From Gemmatimonadaceae bacterium (lineage in GTDB: Bacteria; Gemmatimonadota; Gemmatimonadetes; Gemmatimonadales; Gemmatimonadaceae), in assembly GCA_051859245.1 (NCBI GenBank), contig JBHYGA010000006.1, positions 1-64,000 on the forward strand: a DNA stretch of 64,000 bases. Reading direction: 5' to 3'. The notes under the pieces are model-generated. The model had not been told where the DNA came from. It did no database searches and saw nothing but the letters and a program-made list of their open reading frames with translations. Below, in pieces: positions 57,148 to 64,000 of the stretch. Position numbers and translations under genes: made by a program. Positions within the stretch are counted from its first letter, which is position 1. The number at the start of each line of letters is the position of its first letter.

Positions 57148-58029
57148 TCAAACACCGGAGCGAGTAGTGGAAACAGCAGGAACCATGCGAAGCACGGTAT
57201 CGTGAGCGGCGACCGCGACCGGAGATCCGGTGACGGCGTCCAGGAATGGCATGCCGGCAAGTAGCGCGGCATCAAGCGCGAAATCGTTCGGCAACGCTCC
57301 GGCAAACGAGAGCGAGCGGCCGAGAAACTGCTGTGCGCCCTGGGCGAGCGTGTCGGCGACACGAGAGGCGGTACTGTCATCGAGTCTGTTGACCAGCACA
57401 TCGATGTCGAGGCGGGGTTGGCGTGCGTGTACGGCTTTGAGCAGCGCGTATGACGACGCCATCGCAATGGGATCCTGTCCTGCAGTGACAACAACCAGTC
57501 GGACATTGGCTCGGCTGCCATCAATAGCGGCAAGCACTGCATCGAGACGCGAGCCGGCGTCGATCACCATCAACGCGTAGCTGTCGGCAAGTGTATGCAG
57601 CCGCGCAAAACAGGCGCGGCGTTCCGCCGTCGTGAGTGGCGCGACATCGCTGGCACTGTCTCCACGACCGCCGGCCACGAATGACAGTGTCTCGGAGATC
57701 TGCAGCGGCAGTTGTGCGGCTTGCGTGTTTCCGCCGAGCAGTGACGGCCAGCGCAGACGAGGGGCAACGCCAAGCAACAGCGCGTGCGGACCAACCAGTT
57801 CATCGCCGTCAACCAGCAACGTGCGATGACCGTCTCCTGCAGCTGCCAGAGCAAGCAAAGACGCGACGAGCGACGTGCCACTGCCACCGCGTCCACTGGC
57901 GCATACCAATACTGTTGGACCGGTCGCATCTGCTCGGCGCGACGATTCAACACCACCGCGTGCGGCGAGCGCACTGCGGAGTCCATCAAGTTGCGACCCG
58001 CGCGCGGGCGTGGAGAGCAGGGCGGACAT
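57148..58029 (-). CDS. flhG: FlhG/FleN MinD-like protein with degenerate Walker A
   Basis: Lies between flhF and fliA; ASGRGGSGTS, LLVDGD, VIDAGS, SYALLK, VLVNR. Confidence 0.8.
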   Translation of the reverse strand: MSALLSTPARGSQLDGLRSALAARGGVESSRRADATGPTVLVCASGRGGSGTSLVASLLALAAAGDGHRTLLVDGDELVGPHALLLGVAPRLRWPSLLGGNTQAAQLPLQISETLSFVAGGRGDSASDVAPLTTAERRACFARLHTLADSYALMVIDAGSRLDAVLAAIDGSRANVRLVVVTAGQDPIAMASSYALLKAVHARQPRLDIDVLVNRLDDSTASRVADTLAQGAQQFLGRSLSFAGALPNDFALDAALLAGMPFLDAVTGSPVAVAAHDTVLRMVPAVSTTRSGV

Positions 58030-58871
58030 CAGGCGGCGGTCCACGCGTCGTCGGCGTCAACGCCGAGTCCAAGCGAACGCAGCAAGCGCGGCACCGCTGG
58101 CGCGAGGTCGGCCGGAACGTCTTGACCGTCGGTGATCCAGCGTGTTGGGAGCGCCAATGAGAGCGCGAGATCCGTGACCCCACGCTCACCCGGCACTTCA
58201 TCGAGTTTGGAGAGCATGATGTGCGTGGCGCCAACATGCGAATTGCTGGTGCGATACGCGCGCTCCGCGTCCAACGCCAGATCACCACGGATCGTGGCCG
58301 GTAACACGAGATGCACTTCGTCGGGCTTGAGCGCGTCAAGCAGAGTGCGCCAGCGATCCGTCACATCGGCCGCATTGGGCGATCGGCCCGGTGTGTCCAC
58401 AATGATCACATCGCAGTCGCGCAAACGCGAAAACGCATCGGCGATTTCGCTTGCATCGTAGACCACATCGAACGGCACATTCGCGAGCTCGGCGTATGTC
58501 GCCAGCTGATCCATGCCGCCCACGCGATACGTATCAATCGTGAGTAGTCCGGGGCGTCCAATGCCGAACGTTCCTGGGCGCACCGCGAGTTTGGCAGCCG
58601 TTGTTGTTTTGCCTGCGCCGGTTGGGCCAACGAGCGCGATGACGTACGGACGGCCCGATGCGCGGCGCAGCGGCGTGGGCAGCGGTGCTGCCTGCAAGCG
58701 CTCGCGCACATGTTCGAGCGTATCGGTAGTGGCGGCGAGCACTTCAACACGCGGCACACCGTCATCACGTACCGTACGCGTGTGCAGAATCATCGCGTCT
58801 TCGCCCAACGCTTTGCGCGCCCGCGCCGACACCTGGCTGAAGTCCGCTCCACGAAAGCACTCAAGTTGCAT
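58029..58871 (-). CDS. flhF: SRP-family GTPase FlhF (short form)
   Basis: LGEDAMILHTR N-motif; GPTGAGKTTT.AKLA, DTYRVG, DTPG, SKLDE, GQDVP.D. Confidence 0.92.
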   Translation of the reverse strand: MQLECFRGADFSQVSARARKALGEDAMILHTRTVRDDGVPRVEVLAATTDTLEHVRERLQAAPLPTPLRRASGRPYVIALVGPTGAGKTTTAAKLAVRPGTFGIGRPGLLTIDTYRVGGMDQLATYAELANVPFDVVYDASEIADAFSRLRDCDVIIVDTPGRSPNAADVTDRWRTLLDALKPDEVHLVLPATIRGDLALDAERAYRTSNSHVGATHIMLSKLDEVPGERGVTDLALSLALPTRWITDGQDVPADLAPAVPRLLRSLGLGVDADDAWTAA

Positions 58872-60948
58872 TGGTCATCTCCCAGGTCGCGACGCTGTGC
58901 AACGTGATGGTGGCCGGCAGTTCACCGAGCGACACCACGGGCAGCGAAGGCAAAACAGGTTCAATCAGTCGACGCACACCAACGCGAAGCGATGGCGGTG
59001 TAATCAGCGGCAGCGGACGACCATCAACGGCGTGCGTGGTGGCCATCTGATTCAGCGAGCGCAGCAGCATGGCCAGTGAATCCGGCGTGAGCAGCGGCAC
59101 ACCCTGCGCCGCAACACGCGGTGAGAACAGACCGGTGAGAGCGCTCTCAAGCTTTGGTCCAATCGTTACGCCGCGCACAGTACCCGTGGCATCAGCGAAC
59201 ATGCGTGCAATCACATTGGTCAGTGCACGACGCGCTGCTTCCGTGAGTGCTTCCGGATCCTTTGTGGATTCCGCACCATCGCCAATCGCCTCAAGAATCG
59301 TGACGAGATCGCGAATCGGAACGCGCTCACGCAGCAGGCGTTGCAGCACACGATGCAACGTGCTGAGCGAAATCTTGTTGGGGACGATTTCGTCAACGAG
59401 CGCCGGATGCGACTTCTTGAGCGTCTCGATCATGCCTTGCACTTCCTGACGGCCCAGCAGCTCGGCGGCGTTCGACTTGAGCGTCTCCATGAGGTGCGTG
59501 GCGACGACGGTTGTCGGTTCGACGACAACAAATCCAAGTGCTTCGGCTTCGGTGCGACGCGGTGATGCAATCCAGCGCGCGGGCATGCCGAAAGACGGAT
59601 CCACTGTCTCCATGCCTTCGATGTCACCAACCACGCCACCCGTATCGAGTGCCATGAGGAAGCGCGGCAATACTTCACCACGCGCAACTTCGGAGCCGCG
59701 CAGCTTGATGAGGTACTCGTTGGCCGGCAGGCGAATGTCGTCGCGAATGCGAATGGGTGGCACGAGAATACCGAGCTCAAGCGCAGCCTGCTTGCGCAGC
59801 AGTGAAATGCGCTCGAGCAAATCGCCGCCCTGGCCTTCATCCACGAGTGGAATCAGCGCGTAACCCACTTCCAGTTCGATCGGATCGATCTGCAGCAGAT
59901 CGCGCATCGGATCGGTTTCCTGCGGCTCTTCCGGCTCCGGCGCAGGGCCGAGCAGTGCGAGTTCTTCGCGGCGCACTTCCTGCTTGCTGCTGGCTCGTGC
60001 GAGCAGCGCCGTACCACCGGCGAGTGCAATGAACGGCAGAATCGGCAGCCCGGGAACCAGCGCAAACGACGCCAGCAGTCCACTCGTAATCCAGAGCGCG
60101 CGTGGGTGTGCGCTGAGCTGATTGCTCAGCACAACGCCGATCCGATCTGTTCCAGTCGCCGCGGTGACCATGATACCAGCCGCGGTGGAAATGATCAGTG
60201 CCGGAATCTGCGAAACCAGGCCGTCGCCGACGGTAAGAATCGTGTACGTCGAGGCAGCGGTTGCAAAATCCATGTCGCGCTGCACTACACCAATGAAGAC
60301 ACCGCCGAGCACGTTGACCACGACAACGAGGATGCCAAGAATGGCGTCGCCTTTGACGTACTTGGATGCACCATCCATGGCACCATAGAAGTCGGCCGTG
60401 CGCGAGATGTCATCGCGACGACGACGGGCTTCCTTTTCGTCGATCAAGCCGGCGCTGAGATCAGCGTCGATTGCCATCTGTTTGCCAGGCATGGCATCGA
60501 GGGTAAAGCGTGCCGCAACTTCAGCAATACGGCCAGCACCCTTGGTAATAACAATGAAGTTGATGCCAATGAGCAGCAAAAAGATCACGATACCAACAGC
60601 GTAGTTGCCGCCGATCACAAACGCGCCAAACGCTTCAATGACTTCGCCGGCTTCGCCCTTGGACAGAATCAGTCGCGTGCTCGACACGTTCAGTCCGATG
60701 CGGAAGAGCGTGAGCAGCAGAATGAGCGACGGAAATGAGCTGAAGTCGAGCGGATTCGTGTTGTACAGCGACACGAGCAACACCACCAGCGACAATCCGA
60801 TGCTGGCCGCGAGGCACAGATCGAGCAGCACGGGTGGCAACGGAATGACGATGAGCGCGAGAATGAACACCACGGCCATCGCGAGGCCGATTTCGGCGAT
60901 CTTCCGCCCGCCAGCTTCCATTGGAATCGGAATTGCAGCGCTGGTCAT
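58861..60948 (-). CDS. flhA: Flagellar export gate FlhA
   Basis: RIAEVAARFTLDAMPGKQMAIDADL, FYGAMDGASK, TVGDGLVSQIP. Confidence 0.98.
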   Translation of the reverse strand: MTSAAIPIPMEAGGRKIAEIGLAMAVVFILALIVIPLPPVLLDLCLAASIGLSLVVLLVSLYNTNPLDFSSFPSLILLLTLFRIGLNVSSTRLILSKGEAGEVIEAFGAFVIGGNYAVGIVIFLLLIGINFIVITKGAGRIAEVAARFTLDAMPGKQMAIDADLSAGLIDEKEARRRRDDISRTADFYGAMDGASKYVKGDAILGILVVVVNVLGGVFIGVVQRDMDFATAASTYTILTVGDGLVSQIPALIISTAAGIMVTAATGTDRIGVVLSNQLSAHPRALWITSGLLASFALVPGLPILPFIALAGGTALLARASSKQEVRREELALLGPAPEPEEPQETDPMRDLLQIDPIELEVGYALIPLVDEGQGGDLLERISLLRKQAALELGILVPPIRIRDDIRLPANEYLIKLRGSEVARGEVLPRFLMALDTGGVVGDIEGMETVDPSFGMPARWIASPRRTEAEALGFVVVEPTTVVATHLMETLKSNAAELLGRQEVQGMIETLKKSHPALVDEIVPNKISLSTLHRVLQRLLRERVPIRDLVTILEAIGDGAESTKDPEALTEAARRALTNVIARMFADATGTVRGVTIGPKLESALTGLFSPRVAAQGVPLLTPDSLAMLLRSLNQMATTHAVDGRPLPLITPPSLRVGVRRLIEPVLPSLPVVSLGELPATITLHSVATWEMTNAT

Positions 60949-60950
60949 GA

Positions 60951-62048
60951 TCAGGCCGCCGCAGTGCCGCGCCAGGCATTGCCATGGCGTTGTTTCTGAC
61001 GCATCACGAAGGCCAGCACTTCAGCCACCGCGAGATAAAAATCAACTGGAATCATGGAACCAACCCGCGCCACTTTCACGAGTGCGCGCGCCAATGGTTT
61101 GTTCTCGATCACCGGCACACCTGAGGCAAACGCGAGCGCCTTGATTTTTTCGGCGATCTTGCGCTGTCCAATGGCGAGCACGAACGGTGCAGGGGCGAGA
61201 TCGGTGTCGTACTTGAGCGCGATCGCGATGTGGGTTGGGTTGACAATCACCACGTCGGCTGATTTCACGTCGGTAAACATCTGCCGACGAATGCGCTCGC
61301 GTGCGATTGCACGACGACGCGCTTTGATGTTGCCATCGCCTTCGGCGCTCTTGCTTTCGTCCTTGATTTCCTGCTTGGACATTTTCATGTCTTCGGCGTT
61401 CTGCCAGCGCTGATAGCCGTAGTCGATCAGTGCGAGCACCAGGAACATCATGCCCGCGTTACGCAGCAGCTTGAGCGTGTATTCGCCAACCGTACTCATG
61501 AGCGCCGTGGGCTCGAGCAGTGGCAATGTCTCAAGCGCCGGGAGCGCGCGGCGCATCGTCATCCAGACCACGATCGCGACGATGCCCATCTTGACGAGCG
61601 ACTTGATCAACTCCACGACCGAACGCGCTGAGAAGATTTTCTTGAAGCCGCTGATCGGATTGATGCGCGAGAACTTTGGCGCCAGCGTTTTGGTCGTGAA
61701 GAGCGCGCCAACCTGCGCACCATTTACAGCAACTGCGATCGCGATGCTGGCGCCGAGCACTCCGGCCATCGCGGCCATCGTGCGCCAGCCCACACCCTGC
61801 AAGTTGGCAATCGCACCGCCGTCCATACGCGCGGGATCTCCCGCGTACATGAGGCTCTGTCCCATCGCGTCAAGCAGAAAGCGCCACAGCGGCGGACCGG
61901 CCATGGTGAGTGTCATGCCCATCGCGAGCAGGAACGCCGCAGTCATGAACTCGGGGCTTTTCGCAATCTGTCCTTCGTTACGCGCGTCTTCTTTTTTCTT
62001 GTCTGTGGCGTCTTCGGTCTTTTCGCCGCCCTGTCCTTCCTTCGCCAT
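60951..62048 (-). CDS. flhB: Flagellar export protein FlhB
   Basis: EKTEDAT, KMSKQEIKDE, NPTH autocleavage motif, ENKPLARAL. Confidence 0.98.
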   Translation of the reverse strand: MAKEGQGGEKTEDATDKKKEDARNEGQIAKSPEFMTAAFLLAMGMTLTMAGPPLWRFLLDAMGQSLMYAGDPARMDGGAIANLQGVGWRTMAAMAGVLGASIAIAVAVNGAQVGALFTTKTLAPKFSRINPISGFKKIFSARSVVELIKSLVKMGIVAIVVWMTMRRALPALETLPLLEPTALMSTVGEYTLKLLRNAGMMFLVLALIDYGYQRWQNAEDMKMSKQEIKDESKSAEGDGNIKARRRAIARERIRRQMFTDVKSADVVIVNPTHIAIALKYDTDLAPAPFVLAIGQRKIAEKIKALAFASGVPVIENKPLARALVKVARVGSMIPVDFYLAVAEVLAFVMRQKQRHGNAWRGTAAA

Positions 62049-62050
62049 AC

Positions 62051-62845
62051 TCAGCGACCTCCCGGCAGCGCAAACGCGCCCATCGTGCTCTCAAGCGAGC
62101 GACCAAACTCCGTGGGCCACTGTGCGAGCGCACCGCCAATCACCGACAGCGTGAGCGCGAGCGTGAGCAGACCAATGCCGATCTGCAGCGGAAACGCAAC
62201 GCTGAAAATGTTGAGCTGCGGCGCCGCTCGGCTCAGTACGCCGAGCGACACGTTGGCCAGCATGATCGCGCCGAGCACCGGCGCAGAGAATCGGAGGGCC
62301 GCGGCAAAGATTGACGAACCCGTGGCGGCGAGCGCCTGTGCACCTTCCGCCATATTGATCGGCGCGCCAAGTGGCAACACCGCGAAGGTGTCCGCGAGTG
62401 CGTCGATCATCATCACGTGCCCGCCCGCGGTGAGCAGCAACGTGAGCGCGAGCAGTTGCATGAACTGACCGAGCACCATCGTCTGCCCACCTTGCGTGGG
62501 ATTGAAAATGGCGGCGCCGGAGAGACCGATGGAAATGGCCATCATATCACCGGCCGCTTCCGCTCCGGCAATGATGATCGCGCCGGCAAAACCAATCGCG
62601 AAGCCAATGAGCGTTTCGCCAATGAAGGCGGCGGGCGTAATCACAATCTCACCGGCCGGCGCGCTCGCAAGCGCGGTGGGCAGCAGCACCACGGCGAAGA
62701 GTGCGAGGCACGCCGTGCGCAGGCGCATCGGCACCGTCTTGGCCGACCAGAGCGGGGCGACCATCAGCAGTCCCCCGACGCGCAGCGCGACGAGCACGAG
62801 AGCTGACGCCGTTCCAGGCGCGAACAGGTCGGGAAAACCGCTCAC
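62051..62845 (-). CDS. fliR: Flagellar export protein FliR
   Basis: GTG start overlapping fliQ stop; RVGG..APL, GETLIG, LSRAAPQLNIFSVAFP. Confidence 0.93.
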   Translation of the reverse strand: MSGFPDLFAPGTASALVLVALRVGGLLMVAPLWSAKTVPMRLRTACLALFAVVLLPTALASAPAGEIVITPAAFIGETLIGFAIGFAGAIIIAGAEAAGDMMAISIGLSGAAIFNPTQGGQTMVLGQFMQLLALTLLLTAGGHVMMIDALADTFAVLPLGAPINMAEGAQALAATGSSIFAAALRFSAPVLGAIMLANVSLGVLSRAAPQLNIFSVAFPLQIGIGLLTLALTLSVIGGALAQWPTEFGRSLESTMGAFALPGGR

Positions 62846-63111
62846 GCCACCATCCCGGGAATCCCCTGGATGAGCGCCTTGGTGTACTTGATCAGGATCT
62901 GCATCAGCCACGGCAGGCCGATAATGAACGCCGCGCCAACGCCCACCAGCTTGGGCACGAACGAGAGCGTCTGCTCCTGGATCTGCGTTACCGACTGCAC
63001 CACGCTCACCAGCAGACCAATGCCGAGCGCGATGATCAGCATGGGCGCTGAGATCATCAGGGCGGTCAGGATGGCTTCGCGCGAGAGGTCGATAACGAAC
63101 TGGTGCGACAT
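62842..63111 (-). CDS. fliQ: Flagellar export protein FliQ
   Basis: 89 aa, QSVTQIQEQTLSFVPK, LPWLM. Confidence 0.97.
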   Translation of the reverse strand: MSHQFVIDLSREAILTALMISAPMLIIALGIGLLVSVVQSVTQIQEQTLSFVPKLVGVGAAFIIGLPWLMQILIKYTKALIQGIPGMVA

Positions 63112-63177
63112 GCGGAGATCTGGTGGTCGATGATGATGTTGCCATGACGGAACGAGTCCGCCTCGACCACAACAGAA

Positions 63178-63193
63178 AGCAGGAGTCGTACCA
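63178..63193 (-). promoter_or_regulatory. Sigma-54 (-24/-12) promoter of the fliQ-fliR-flhBAFG-fliA operon
   Basis: TGGTACGACTCCTGCT (GG-N10-GC); AT-rich IHF-like site at 63233-63245. Confidence 0.75.
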
Positions 63194-63291
63194 CGACCGT
63201 TCAGCTTGTTCAGGATTACGGAAAGTGTTGCAAATAAACGATTTGCATTGTTTGTATTTGGTTGTGCGCCAACGGCTGTTCGGCGCCGGAC

Positions 63292-63357
63292 CGGCATTTT
63301 CTTCCCTATTGCCGAAGCGGCGCAAAGGCGACCAGAGCCACTAGGAAGGAGATGCCG
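63292..63357. promoter_or_regulatory. Two enhancer-like sites upstream of the fliQ promoter
   Basis: CGGCA-TTTTC-TTCCC (63292-63306) and AGGAA-GGAGA-TGCCG (63343-63357); same GGMA-N5-TKCC pattern as at flgF. Confidence 0.6.
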
Positions 63358-63376
63358 ATCACAGATTCACTCCGCG

Positions 63377-63413
63377 AAAACCAAAAAGCCGCGACCCTCA
63401 AGGGTCGCGGCTT
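63377..63413 (-). terminator. Rho-independent terminator after fliP
   Basis: Stem AAGCCGCGACCCT/AGGGTCGCGGCTT running into TTTTTGGTTTT on the minus strand. Confidence 0.9.
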
Positions 63414-63457
63414 CGATTTCTGATGGCGGGTCCAGACAGCCCAGCAGTTGCCGGTCG

Positions 63458-64000
63458 CTATTTGAAGCTTTGGATCAGGCTCTGCATGGTGAGGCTCCAT
63501 CCGTCCACCAGCACGAACAAGAGCAACTTGAAGGGCAGCGAAATCATCGCCGGAGGCAGCATGAACATGCCCATGGCCATGAGGACGGACGCCACCACCG
63601 CATCGATAATGATGAACGGCAGGTAGATCGCGAATCCGATCTGGAACGCGGTGCGCAGCTCACTGGCCACAAAGGCCGACATGAGCACGTGCAGCGGTAC
63701 GTCATCCGGCGTTTCCGGTTGCTCGATGCGGCTCATCTCCACAAAGGTGCGCAGATCTTTCTCGTTCGTCTGCCGCAGCATGAACTCGCGGAACGGGACG
63801 ACGCCGGTTTTCAGCATCTCCGTTTGTTCGATGCGTCCCTCAAGCCAGGGGCTGATCGCGGTGCGATTGGCTTCCGACAGGGTAGGCGCCATCACGAACC
63901 CGGTGAGCAAGAGCGCGAGGCCCGCCACGAGGTGAGCCGGAGGCGCGCTTTGCGTACCCATCGCCTGCTTGAGAAAATGCAGCACAATCAGGATACGCGT
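63458..64000 (-). CDS. fliP: Flagellar export protein FliP (5' end outside window)
   Basis: SELRTAFQIGF, IIDAVVASVLMAMGMFMLPP.MISLPFKLLLFVLVDGW. Confidence 0.97.
   Translation of the reverse strand, partial: TRILIVLHFLKQAMGTQSAPPAHLVAGLALLLTGFVMAPTLSEANRTAISPWLEGRIEQTEMLKTGVVPFREFMLRQTNEKDLRTFVEMSRIEQPETPDDVPLHVLMSAFVASELRTAFQIGFAIYLPFIIIDAVVASVLMAMGMFMLPPAMISLPFKLLLFVLVDGWSLTMQSLIQSFK

Noticed and set aside
62846..63325. 160-codon in-frame N-terminal extension of FliR overlapping fliQ (with an ATG at 63145)
   Set aside because: Composition looks like an off-frame read of a GC-rich gene; the GTG at 62845 coupled to the fliQ stop gives a normal-length FliR

Overview
High-GC bacterial chromosome segment. 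Gene content and protein style (many signal-peptide/lipoprotein genes, a VPS10/BNR hydrolase, flagellar genes with sigma-54 promoters) suggest a Gemmatimonas-like member of Gemmatimonadota; this is inference, no search was run. All family calls come from reading motifs by eye. 1-1.3 kb: three copies of a ~65-bp repeat, a lipoprotein gene and a truncated Uma2-type nuclease stub. 1.3-24 kb: envelope and scavenging genes (VPS10/BNR hydrolase, prenyltransferase-barrel/ankyrin protein, EEP phosphatase, MaoC, GH9, M50 protease, phosphate porin with Pho-like box, psd, phytase, MFS pump), plus an ECF sigma operon whose putative anti-sigma and outer-membrane partner both carry glycogen-binding (CBM48/AMPK-beta-like) domains. 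24.5-32 kb: four cation/proton antiporters, an XRE-HTH/EIIA regulator lacking the phospho-His, and a structured leader before nhaA (candidate cation riboswitch). 32-45 kb: S41 protease, outer-membrane proteins, cysE-cysK, Nramp, ABC exporter. 45-64 kb: flagellar cluster (EAL-HDOD, motAB, csrA, flgK/N/J/I/H/A/G/F, fliA, flhG/F/A/B, fliR/Q/P) with two sigma-54 promoters sharing IHF-like and palindromic enhancer motifs, a short FlhF, a Walker-A-degenerate FlhG and a ChpT-like pseudokinase. I saw no rRNA, tRNA, CRISPR array or transposase.
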